The position numbers and the translations under genes were made by a program. Source: an uncultured Gammaproteobacteria bacterium (GTDB lineage Bacteria; Patescibacteriota; Patescibacteriia; Magasanikbacterales; JBBTQS01). Taken from it: a stretch of DNA of 44,998 bases. The stretch covers positions 3,448-48,445 of the forward strand of contig CAZVIA010000008.1 in assembly GCA_964627525.1 (NCBI GenBank), read 5' to 3'. Below the pieces are notes generated by a model that saw nothing but the letters and a program-made list of their open reading frames with translations, searched no databases and was not told the origin of the DNA. Positions within the stretch are counted from its first letter, which is position 1; each line of letters starts with the position of its first letter. Below are positions 1 through 8,751 of the stretch, piece after piece.

Positions 1-551
1 GGACAGATTATTGGGTTGATATTAGTGACACCTTCATAAATTCTGTGGACTTTGGCGGAAGGAATTTTAAAAGTTTTTATAATATCATTTTTTACATAAT
101 CAGACGGACAAATAATTGCTTGAGAATTTTTTACAGCTGTGGCTAAAACTTTTTTAAAAATAAATTGTTTGATCCAATACAAAATAGGGGAAAGTGTTGT
201 TGCTTTGCGACTTGGGTAATGTAAAAGAGTTAGATCGTGTATTGCAACAATAAATGGATCGTGATAATTCAAAGGAATGTTCCAGTGTGGGAAAAACATT
301 AAATCGATTTTTTGGGATTTAATTATTTTTGGAAAAATTATTTGCTCTTTAAATCCATACCACTTAATATCAACACCAACCAATTTCCATTTTGGATTTG
401 TTAAAACAATTTTTTCCAGATCTTTTTTCAAAACAAAAAGAGTATACAAATTTTGTTCATCAAGTTTTTGTAAATGTCTGATAAGTTGTTTTAAGTATCT
501 TCCATGCCCTCCTGGGATAGACATCATTCGAGCATCAATTCCTATTTGCAT
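1..551 (-). CDS. Glycosyltransferase family 4 (GT-B) protein, truncated by window edge
   Basis: Read manually (absent from ORF track): ATG at 551 gives MQIGIDARMMSIPGGHGRYLKQL...FFPHWNIP...VAIHDL, a typical GT4 N-terminal domain; open to window start; overlaps the stop of the upstream GT4. Confidence 0.85.
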   Translation of the reverse strand, partial: MQIGIDARMMSIPGGHGRYLKQLIRHLQKLDEQNLYTLFVLKKDLEKIVLTNPKWKLVGVDIKWYGFKEQIIFPKIIKSQKIDLMFFPHWNIPLNYHDPFIVAIHDLTLLHYPSRKATTLSPILYWIKQFIFKKVLATAVKNSQAIICPSDYVKNDIIKTFKIPSAKVHRIYEGVTNINPIIC

Positions 552-1689
552 AATTATTAATGATGTTTAGTAACTTGCGTGCGCTGTTGTTCCAAGAAAA
601 TTTTTGTAAATGTTCTTGTGTGTTTGATTTAAGTTTATCGCGCAATTCAGAATTTGTTAATACTTGGTCAATTGCATGAGCTATCATATCTGGTTGCCAA
701 GGATTAATTAATAGAGCAGAGTTTCCAGCTGCTTCCACCAAGGAAGATCCAGAACTTGTGATTGTTGGAATTTTGCAAAGCATTGCCTCAATCACTGGCA
801 AACCAAAACCTTCATACAAAGATGGATATAAATTAATTTCAGCATTGCTAATTAAATTCCATTTTTTTGCATCACTGATATAACCATGTGCATTTACTGA
901 ATCTTGAATTTTATATTTGTGAATTAGTTTTTTAGCTTTTGCCCAACCATAACCTGGTGGGCCAACTAAGTCTAATTCAATATTATCATGTTTGCGGTGT
1001 GCTAGTGCAAAAGCATGGATAATATTTTCAATGTTTTTTCTTTTTTCGCGAGTACCAAGAACTATGATGGATTTTTTTTGAGGGATTTTTGCGTCAGCAA
1101 AAATCCCATTAAAAACCCCAGCCACTTTAAAATTTTGAGAATTTTTAAAATCAACAGGCAACCCAGGATATAAAACATGAATTTTTTCCTGTGAAATATC
1201 CAATAAATCAATTAAATCTTTTTTAGTATTTTCAGAAACAGTTAGTAAAGTATCAGCATTTTTAATTTGTTGGACAAGTTTAATTGCTTTGTGCCAAAAA
1301 CGTTGATAAGGAGAAAACAAGTATTTATCTATTAAAACACTAATATCATGAATCATTAAAATATGTGGAATTTTTTTGTTAGGACAAAAATGTGGGTTTA
1401 AAGAAATAAATAAATCAAATTTTTGGCCGATTAATTTTTCCAGTTCAGGTTTTCCAGTTAAAGAAATCCATGTGTTTAAAATTTTGCTAGGAATTTTTGT
1501 GCGGATTACTCTAGTATTTGGCCAATTTGGTAAACGACTAGCTATCTCATCTTTTGCACAATTAATAAATAAAAAATATTCATGCTCACTTTGCAATTTA
1601 AAAAACTCATTCAACAGTTGTTGAATATAAATTGAAACACCGGTGGGTTGTTTTTCTAGTAAGGGGCGAGTGTCTATTAAAACCCGCAT
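535..1689 (-). CDS. Glycosyltransferase family 4 protein
   Basis: MRVLIDTRPL...TGVSIY start, IHD motif, RKN, YPSLYEGFGLPVIEAM signature. Start moved from 1887 to the ATG at 1689 to avoid overlap with the upstream gene. Confidence 0.9.
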   Translation of the reverse strand: MRVLIDTRPLLEKQPTGVSIYIQQLLNEFFKLQSEHEYFLFINCAKDEIASRLPNWPNTRVIRTKIPSKILNTWISLTGKPELEKLIGQKFDLFISLNPHFCPNKKIPHILMIHDISVLIDKYLFSPYQRFWHKAIKLVQQIKNADTLLTVSENTKKDLIDLLDISQEKIHVLYPGLPVDFKNSQNFKVAGVFNGIFADAKIPQKKSIIVLGTREKRKNIENIIHAFALAHRKHDNIELDLVGPPGYGWAKAKKLIHKYKIQDSVNAHGYISDAKKWNLISNAEINLYPSLYEGFGLPVIEAMLCKIPTITSSGSSLVEAAGNSALLINPWQPDMIAHAIDQVLTNSELRDKLKSNTQEHLQKFSWNNSARKLLNIINNYANRN

Positions 1690-1750
1690 ATTTTTATATT
1701 TATTTTTTGAATTTACTTTTTTGTCTCCCTGTTTTTTTATTTTCTTATTT

Positions 1751-2878
1751 TTAAGATTTTTCCAAATTCGTTTTTTTAGAATCCAATTTACTTTCAACAA
1801 AATTCCTAAGTTGCCTAATAAATTTATCTTTAGAATATTTTTGTGCGTGTTGAGCAATTGCAATTGGATCAAATTTTGTGCTATCAAAATTTAAAACACA
1901 ATGCAATAAACAATCCCAATTTTGTTCATCAAAAAAAACACCACTTAATCCGCTCACAACACTTTCGGTAGCACCACCTTTTCCATAAGCAATAACCGGA
2001 CAACCCTGCATCATTGCTTCAATTACAGTGATTCCAAAATCTTCTTCTTGTGGATTAATGTATGCTTTTGCATTTGCATATAAAGCACATTTTTCTTGAT
2101 CAGGTATGTGTCCTAAAAATTCAATATTTGGTCCAGCAATTTTTTTTAATTTATTTTCTTCGCGCCCAGTTCCAAAAATTTTTAAAGGCCAACCTAGGCG
2201 ATTAAACACCTCAATAATTAAATCAAACTTTTTATAAGGAACTAAACGTCCGCCAGCTAAAAAATAATTACGCTCAGATTGAGGAATATGCATAACAGGG
2301 CATTGTAATTCAAGTGGTGGATAAATTACCTCGCTCACACGACCATAATATTTTGCAATTCGTTCAGAAACATTTTTTGAATTAGCAATAAAATGATCAA
2401 CCCGCTCGCGTGCAATTCGCGCATCCCAATTTCGCAATCCATCAAAATATAACGGCAAAAGTTTTTTTATAAAAAAAGGATATTTTAAATTTTTAATATA
2501 TTCTTGGGTTTCAGTCCACAAAAATCTAGTTGGTGTGTGGCAATAACAAACATGCACGGCATCTGGACGCAATTTAACACCTTTTGCAAATGCACTGGTT
2601 GATGACAAAACAACATCAAATTCAGACAGGTCATAAGATTCAACAGCACGAGGCATCAAAGGCATGTACCATTGATAATATTTTTTCCAACCAGGTAATT
2701 TTTCTAAAAAAGATGTGCGCACTTCTGCATTATCAAAACCAAGGTGTTTTTTTTCACGATCATAAAACATCACATAGATCGGCGCTTCAGGCCAAACCTC
2801 ATGAAAAACACGAAGGACCCTTTCGGCCCCTCCATCTTGTGATAAATAATCATGTACTAATGCTATTTTATAGCTCAT
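1751..2878 (-). CDS. Glycosyltransferase family 4 protein (WbaZ-like mannosyltransferase)
   Basis: KIALVHDYL..DGGAERV, CYCHTPTR, GRLVPYKK and EEDFGITVIEAM motifs. Confidence 0.9.
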   Translation of the reverse strand: MSYKIALVHDYLSQDGGAERVLRVFHEVWPEAPIYVMFYDREKKHLGFDNAEVRTSFLEKLPGWKKYYQWYMPLMPRAVESYDLSEFDVVLSSTSAFAKGVKLRPDAVHVCYCHTPTRFLWTETQEYIKNLKYPFFIKKLLPLYFDGLRNWDARIARERVDHFIANSKNVSERIAKYYGRVSEVIYPPLELQCPVMHIPQSERNYFLAGGRLVPYKKFDLIIEVFNRLGWPLKIFGTGREENKLKKIAGPNIEFLGHIPDQEKCALYANAKAYINPQEEDFGITVIEAMMQGCPVIAYGKGGATESVVSGLSGVFFDEQNWDCLLHCVLNFDSTKFDPIAIAQHAQKYSKDKFIRQLRNFVESKLDSKKTNLEKS

Positions 2879-2905
2879 ACTTGTGTTTGTACCATGGGAT
2901 TTTAA

Positions 2906-4330
2906 TCATAATGCTTTGCGTCGTTTAAGTACTGCCCACGGCGTCTTCATAAGAATAGCAATATCCATTAATAAAGACCAGTTTTCAATGTAAAAAATGT
3001 CTAAGCGATTTTCTTCTTCAAAACTTAAGTCAGACCTTCCGGAAATTTGTGCAAGTCCAGTTATGCCAGGTCTAACAGTGTGTGCTTTTTTGTGATGCAA
3101 TTCATAATTTTCCACTTCACGCGGTTGGTGTGGTCTTGGTCCAACCAAACTCATATCACCCTTAATCACATTTATAAATTGTGGAAACTCATCTACACTC
3201 CACCTTCTAATCAATCGACCAAATTTTGTGATACGTGGGTCGTTTTTAATTTTGTACAAAGGACCTTTTTTGGTGTTTTGGTTTTTGATCAATTGTTTTT
3301 CAAATTTTAAAGCTTGTTCGCGATTTTTAAATTGCTTACCAATAGAATGTTTTTGAAACATTGATCGCAGTTTGTATGTTTCAAACTTTTTGCCAGATTC
3401 ACCAACACGAGTATTTTTAAAAATTATTGGCCAACCACTTTCCACCAAAATAATTATTGCAGATGCAATTAAAATAGGGGATGTAATAATCAACAAAAAG
3501 AATCCAATAATGATATCAACTAGTCTTTTAATAATTCTGCCCCAACCTTCAAGCCGTGTGCGTTTTAATTCAACGATTGGGATTCCAGCAATTGTATCTA
3601 TGCCAGTTTCGCGTTTATAAGTTCCTAGCATGTCAGGTGCAAATTTTAAATTCAAATGCATCTCACTGCAAAATTCCAAAACAGCATTAGATTCTTTTTG
3701 ACTTGCATTGTGTTGTATAAAAATTACTTCAGTGATATTTTTTTGACGCACATTTTTTTTCAAATCATTTATGTTTTGGGAATTAAGAGAAGAAATTTGT
3801 TTAAAAATTTTATAACCAAATCCAGGATTTTTTTTCAAAGTATTAAAAAGTGTTTGTGCAATAAGTGAATCACCAATCATTAAAATACGACGCGCGCCCA
3901 ATCCTTTTTTAAATAACACCACGCGAATTATTCTTAATATTAGCCGTCCAATTAAAACATAAATTATAGCTAAGCCAGTTGCAGCCAAAACAATAAAACG
4001 TGAATCAAATAATTCACCTCTAAAAAATACAATCAAAGCAACCACAGCTAAACCAGCAAAACAACCGATTATGGTTTTTTTCAATTCATCTGAAAACTTT
4101 TTGTTAGCACCAATTGTATACAAGCCAGTAAATGAAAAAATTAAAATCCACAAAATCGATACAATCAAAAGTGTATTAAAATAATCTTCATATGTAAGTG
4201 CAAAACGGATTTCGCGTATTTCAATAACTTGTTCTGTAAAACGCAAAGACCATGCAGAAATCCCAGCTAAAATTAGCAATAAATAATCAACTGGAACGCG
4301 AATTGCTGTTAAAAATAAATCCAATCGCAT
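2906..4330 (-). CDS. Polyprenyl-phosphate glycosylphosphotransferase (WcaJ/WbaP family priming sugar transferase)
   Basis: Four N-terminal TM helices, Rossmann-like middle region, C-terminal KRLVDI...KLRSM...DPRIT..GRLIRRWSVDEFPQFINVIKGDMSLVGPRP...RPGITGLAQ. Confidence 0.93.
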   Translation of the reverse strand: MRLDLFLTAIRVPVDYLLLILAGISAWSLRFTEQVIEIREIRFALTYEDYFNTLLIVSILWILIFSFTGLYTIGANKKFSDELKKTIIGCFAGLAVVALIVFFRGELFDSRFIVLAATGLAIIYVLIGRLILRIIRVVLFKKGLGARRILMIGDSLIAQTLFNTLKKNPGFGYKIFKQISSLNSQNINDLKKNVRQKNITEVIFIQHNASQKESNAVLEFCSEMHLNLKFAPDMLGTYKRETGIDTIAGIPIVELKRTRLEGWGRIIKRLVDIIIGFFLLIITSPILIASAIIILVESGWPIIFKNTRVGESGKKFETYKLRSMFQKHSIGKQFKNREQALKFEKQLIKNQNTKKGPLYKIKNDPRITKFGRLIRRWSVDEFPQFINVIKGDMSLVGPRPHQPREVENYELHHKKAHTVRPGITGLAQISGRSDLSFEEENRLDIFYIENWSLLMDIAILMKTPWAVLKRRKAL

Positions 4331-4440
4331 ATGTGACTAGTTTACACTTTTTTTGGTTAAAAGCCAATATATACTTAATTTGATGTTACTTGATAAAATA
4401 AGCCCTAATGCTTGGTGTTGGAGTGCGCCAGAGCAACCTC

Positions 4441-4469
4441 TTGACAATTAAGTTTAAACCTGCTATCAT
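4441..4469 (+). promoter_or_regulatory. Sigma70 promoter of rnpB
   Basis: TTGACA (4441-4446), 17 bp, TATCAT (4464-4469) with extended -10 TG; ends about 8 nt before the RNA 5' end. Confidence 0.75.
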
Positions 4470-4477
4470 ATACAAGT

Positions 4478-4943
4478 CATACAATGGTCGCTTTGAGTTT
4501 TCAAAATAAAAATTCAGAGAGGAAAGTCCGAACTCCCCTTGGTTTTAGAAATAATTTCAAGGAGCAGAAAAGTGGGTAACACCCACCGTTCAGTCTGCGA
4601 AGGCTGGATAGGGAAAGTGCCGCAGAGACTATACTAGCTTGGCGTAGTGCTAAGTGAAAGGTGAAAAGTGTGTTGGTGTAATGAGGAAAATCAGATATCT
4701 GTTTCTCAATGCTACTTCACAAGTTCTGTCGCAAGGCAGAAAGCTTGGTAAACCCTTTTTGGAGCAAGAGCAGCGTTTTTTAAGCAAGACCAAAATAGTT
4801 TTGCGAAAAATTCGAAAAGTTAGTTCGCAAAGAATTTTGCAGCAATGTAAAATCAAGATATATGACCATTGCTTTTGTTTTGTAGGCGCGAACGTAAGTG
4901 AGCGCCCATAAAAATAAAAGTTACAGAATTCGGCTTATGTATG
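4478..4943 (+). ncRNA. rnpB: RNase P RNA
   Basis: Conserved GAGGAAAGTCCG (4519-4530), GGGTAACACCC, GGAAAGTGCCGCAGA, GGTAAACCC, GAGCAAG and 3' ACAGAATTCGGCTTAT; terminal CATAC/GTATG pairing. Ends approximate. Confidence 0.95.
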
Positions 4944-4945
4944 GA

Positions 4946-5012
4946 AAAGCCCCGGCCTTTGGCCGGGGCTTTGGATTTAAAGCGCTGGGCAAAAAAGCCC
5001 AGCGCTTTAAAT
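4946..5012. terminator. Two tandem hairpins between convergent transcripts (intrinsic terminators)
   Basis: AAAGCCCCGGCC-TTT-GGCCGGGGCTTT (4946-4972) and a perfect 16-bp ATTTAAAGCGCTGGGC/GCCCAGCGCTTTAAAT hairpin (4975-5012). Confidence 0.75.
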
Positions 5013-5077
5013 ACTTAAAATCATCTTAAAATAAAAAAAACCCTCAGCCCAAGCTAAAGGTTTTTTTTAAAAATAAT

Positions 5078-5749
5078 TTAAGCTGCTTCTTTTCTATTTC
5101 TATCTCCAAACCATTCAGTTGCTTTGTTTACAGCATCTCGTATTTTTTGCTCACCATTAATAATATTTTTTGATTTAGCATCCGCAAAAACATCTTTTGC
5201 ACCAGAAAATTCCCCATACCCAAGATCATCTGCTAAATTTGGATTTTCTATAATATCGTTAGGAGTGATTATTGTTTCCAAAGCATTGCGATCAATCCCC
5301 ATTGTATTAAGACTGTCTTTAATCAAGAGAATCGCATTTTGTGCATCTTGTTGTTCTTGTTTGTTTTCTCTTTCAACTTTTCTTGCACTTGCTTGTGATT
5401 CTGCAAAATTTTGTTCTGCCATTTTTCTTTCTTTAGCTTCCTCTTTTTCCTCTTCTATTTGCCAATCTGGTTTTTCTATATTTTCTTCAGTTGCCCCAGC
5501 ATCTTTTTGAGGCTCTGTACCCTTATCAAAACCATAATCAGTATCTGAGCCACCAAAATAATCTGCAGCCTCATAACCACTTTGTTGATCTGCGCCTCGT
5601 TGATCAGCTACTTTTTTGTCAGCACCTCCTTGATCTCCAAAATATTGTGCAGCATTTTTTTCTGCAGCTTCTCGAGCTGCTTGTTGTTTTGCGTGCTTTG
5701 CAGCTTCATCTTCTTGTCCGCCTCGACGAAATCTATCAAAAAAACCCAT
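5078..5749 (-). CDS. Hypothetical acidic, low-complexity/coiled-coil protein
   Basis: 223-aa ORF 18 bp downstream of trpS on the same strand; MGFFDRFRR N-terminus; E/Q/A/K-rich. Confidence 0.75.
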   Translation of the reverse strand: MGFFDRFRRGGQEDEAAKHAKQQAAREAAEKNAAQYFGDQGGADKKVADQRGADQQSGYEAADYFGGSDTDYGFDKGTEPQKDAGATEENIEKPDWQIEEEKEEAKERKMAEQNFAESQASARKVERENKQEQQDAQNAILLIKDSLNTMGIDRNALETIITPNDIIENPNLADDLGYGEFSGAKDVFADAKSKNIINGEQKIRDAVNKATEWFGDRNRKEAA

Positions 5750-5767
5750 ATATTTAAATTTAAAATT

Positions 5768-6727
5768 TTATCTTACACCAATACTTTGTCGTATTTTTGT
5801 CATTGTGTCAATTGCATTTTTTTGTGCTTTTTTCTGACCCCTAGACAATTCTTCGGCTAAATAACTTTTATTTTTCAAAAACTTATCACGTTTTGCACGA
5901 AATTCCGCAAACTTTTCAATAACAGCACTAGCTAATTCTAATTTCAATTCTTTAAATTGAGCTCCGCGCTGTTTATATTTTGCAGCAGATTTTTCTCCAG
6001 CAAAAAATCCCAACAGGTTAATTAAGTTTTTAACACCTTCAGCATCAGTCACAGCTTTTTTAATTTTAGTTGTAACAACTTTAGGTTCATCTGCCAAAGC
6101 AATGAAATGTTTTTCACCCAAACTTTTAGACATTTTTTTACTAGAGTCTGCCAAACTTTTAATACGCACAGCTTTTGTTAGTAAAGGTTTTGGTTCAACA
6201 AAGATTCCTTTCCCAAAACGCGCATTAAATAATCGTGCAATTTTTCTAGTTAATTCAATATGCTGAACTTGATCTTCACCAACTGGAATAGCATCAGCCT
6301 TATACATCAAAATATCAGCAGCCTGCAAAATAGGGTAGGAGAACAGCCCAACATTTATATTTTTTTTCTGACGTGATGCCTTGTCTTTATATTGTGTCAT
6401 GCGTTCCAATTCAGTAATTGGCACTAAGCAATTTAAATACCACATCAATTCAGTGTGTTCTGGAACATGTGATTGGATAAACAAAGTTGATTTTTTAGGA
6501 TCAATTCCAATTGCCAAAAGTTCAGCTACAGTCCGTGCAATTTGTTCAGATTTTTCTTTTGCATCAAAATCTTCTGTCAAAGAATGTAAATCAGCAATAA
6601 AGAAAAAACATTCATACTTTCCAGAGTTTTGTAAATCAATCCAGTTTTTTATAGCACCTAAATAATTTCCAATGTGCATGTCTCCACTGGGTTGAATACC
6701 AGATACAATAATTTGTTTTTTCGGCAT
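5768..6727 (-). CDS. trpS: Tryptophan--tRNA ligase
   Basis: SGIQPSGDMHIGNYLGA, YPILQAADIL, PVGEDQVQHIEL, KMSKS. Confidence 0.98.
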   Translation of the reverse strand: MPKKQIIVSGIQPSGDMHIGNYLGAIKNWIDLQNSGKYECFFFIADLHSLTEDFDAKEKSEQIARTVAELLAIGIDPKKSTLFIQSHVPEHTELMWYLNCLVPITELERMTQYKDKASRQKKNINVGLFSYPILQAADILMYKADAIPVGEDQVQHIELTRKIARLFNARFGKGIFVEPKPLLTKAVRIKSLADSSKKMSKSLGEKHFIALADEPKVVTTKIKKAVTDAEGVKNLINLLGFFAGEKSAAKYKQRGAQFKELKLELASAVIEKFAEFRAKRDKFLKNKSYLAEELSRGQKKAQKNAIDTMTKIRQSIGVR

Positions 6728-6775
6728 ATTAAATCAACATGTTAAATAAGTTTAAGTGGATAAAGTATATCCCAA

Positions 6776-8713
6776 CTAAACTTCAATCACAACTGGCAAA
6801 ATCATTGGACGACGTTTTGTTTTGTGGAACAAATAATCTCCTAATTCATTGCGTAGTTTGTTTCTGATGTTATCTGTGTCAGCCCAAGAAAGCGGATCAC
6901 TATTTTCAACCATTTTACGAGATCGCGCACGAACTTCTTCAATCAAAGCTTTGTTTTCTTTCAAATAAACAAAACCACGAGAAATAATATCTGGATTTTG
7001 AGATAGTTTACCAGTCTTGCTTATAACTGTAACAATCACAACTACCATTCCATCTTCAGCTAGCATTTTACGGTCTCGTAAAACAACATGACTTACATCA
7101 CCAACACCAAGTCCATCAACAAAAACATAATCAGATGGAAGTTTTTCATCAGTTAATCGTCCGCCTTTTTTATCAAAAGTCATCACTTGACCATTATCTG
7201 CCACAAAAACTTTATTTTCTGACCATCCCATATCATAAGCAACTTTTGCATTGTGACGTAACAAAGTGTGATTTCCTTCAATTGGAATGTAGTATTTAGG
7301 TTTTAACAAACGCAACATTAGTTTAATGTCTTCTTTTTTAGCGTGTCCACCTGCGTGCACATCCATCATGTCATAATGAATCACTTCCGCACCTTTACGA
7401 TATAAAGTGTCCTTAAGTTTTTGCACACTTCTTTCATTACCAGGAACTACTGATGAAGAAAAAATTACAGTGTCACCAGGTATAATTTTTACACTTCTGT
7501 GTTCATTTAAAGCAATTCTCATTAACACAGCATTTCTTTCGCCTTGTGCTCCAGTTCCCATGATTACAATTTTTTCTTTTGGATAATTGTCCACTTCATT
7601 AATTTTTATCAAAACATTTTTCCCAACGTCCATGTATTTTAATTGCAACATGATTTCAACATTAGTTTTCATACTGTAACCATCAATCGCAACTTTTTTC
7701 CCATATTTTTCAGCTAACTCAATAACTTGTTGTACGCGAGACAATAGGGAAGCAAAGGTTCCAATAACAATTCGTCCTTTTGCTTTCAAAAAAATATCTT
7801 CCAAAGATTTTCCAATTACGCTTTCTGAAAGTTGGTGTCCTTCTTTTGAAGAGTTTGTTGAATCTCCCATTAGAGCAAGAACACCTTTTTTACCAATATC
7901 AGATAAGCGCGCAAGATCTGCTGGCTTACCATCAACTGGTATAAAATCAAATTTCCAGTCACCAGTATGAACAATAGTTCCAACTGGAGTGTGCACAACA
8001 ATTCCCATTGAGTCTGGAATGTTGTGGTTTACATGGAAAAATTCAACTTTAAATTTACCAAGTTGCAAAGTTTCATCAAGTTTAACACTGTGTAAGTTCA
8101 AATGTCTGTTTCCATAATCATCTTGACGTTTTTTAATAATTGCACAAGACAATGGCAAAGAATAAATCGGAGGATTTCCAATTTCTGGGACAATGTGAGG
8201 AATACCACCGATGTGGTCATAATGTCCGTGCGTAATAATTACACCTCGCACATTTTTTTCCTTTCCTTTAATACAACTCATGTCTGGAATAATGTAATCA
8301 ATACCAGGCATGTCATCTTCTGGAAACTGCAATCCCAAATCAATAAAAATAATATCGTCATTATATTCAATCATTGTACAGTTTCGTCCAACTTCTTCTA
8401 AACCACCAATTACAGAAACTCTAAGAACGTCTTTCTGTATATGAAAAACTTTCTCTTTAATTTTCTTAAAACTTTTCACAGTTTTATTTCTATTTGTTCC
8501 ACTTGTAGATCGGTTTGTAGAATGGCTTCCACTCTTTTCTCGTTCTCCACCAGAAGCTCTTTTTTGAGCTGTATTTCTACCAGTGCGAGTTCTCTGCGAA
8601 ACATTTTTAGTTTTGCGAGTAGAAGTAGAAGTCTTTGTATTCACAGCAGGTTTTTTATTTGTTGTACGCGTGGTATTAGCACGCGTTTTTTTAACACGTT
8701 TAATAGGTGTCAT
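6776..8713 (-). CDS. rnj: Ribonuclease J with ~95-aa basic disordered N-terminal extension
   Basis: GGLEEVGRNC, ITHGHYDHIGG, HTGDWK, GAQGE, VHAGGH and the C-terminal RRPMILPVVIEV. Confidence 0.97.
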   Translation of the reverse strand: MTPIKRVKKTRANTTRTTNKKPAVNTKTSTSTRKTKNVSQRTRTGRNTAQKRASGGEREKSGSHSTNRSTSGTNRNKTVKSFKKIKEKVFHIQKDVLRVSVIGGLEEVGRNCTMIEYNDDIIFIDLGLQFPEDDMPGIDYIIPDMSCIKGKEKNVRGVIITHGHYDHIGGIPHIVPEIGNPPIYSLPLSCAIIKKRQDDYGNRHLNLHSVKLDETLQLGKFKVEFFHVNHNIPDSMGIVVHTPVGTIVHTGDWKFDFIPVDGKPADLARLSDIGKKGVLALMGDSTNSSKEGHQLSESVIGKSLEDIFLKAKGRIVIGTFASLLSRVQQVIELAEKYGKKVAIDGYSMKTNVEIMLQLKYMDVGKNVLIKINEVDNYPKEKIVIMGTGAQGERNAVLMRIALNEHRSVKIIPGDTVIFSSSVVPGNERSVQKLKDTLYRKGAEVIHYDMMDVHAGGHAKKEDIKLMLRLLKPKYYIPIEGNHTLLRHNAKVAYDMGWSENKVFVADNGQVMTFDKKGGRLTDEKLPSDYVFVDGLGVGDVSHVVLRDRKMLAEDGMVVVIVTVISKTGKLSQNPDIISRGFVYLKENKALIEEVRARSRKMVENSDPLSWADTDNIRNKLRNELGDYLFHKTKRRPMILPVVIEV

Positions 8714-8751
8714 AATAGTTTTATGTTTTTAATTTAATTAATATTTATAAT

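Noticed and set aside
4650..4911. ORFs 4654-4911 (+) and 4650-4856 (-)
   Set aside because: Both lie inside the RNase P RNA gene.
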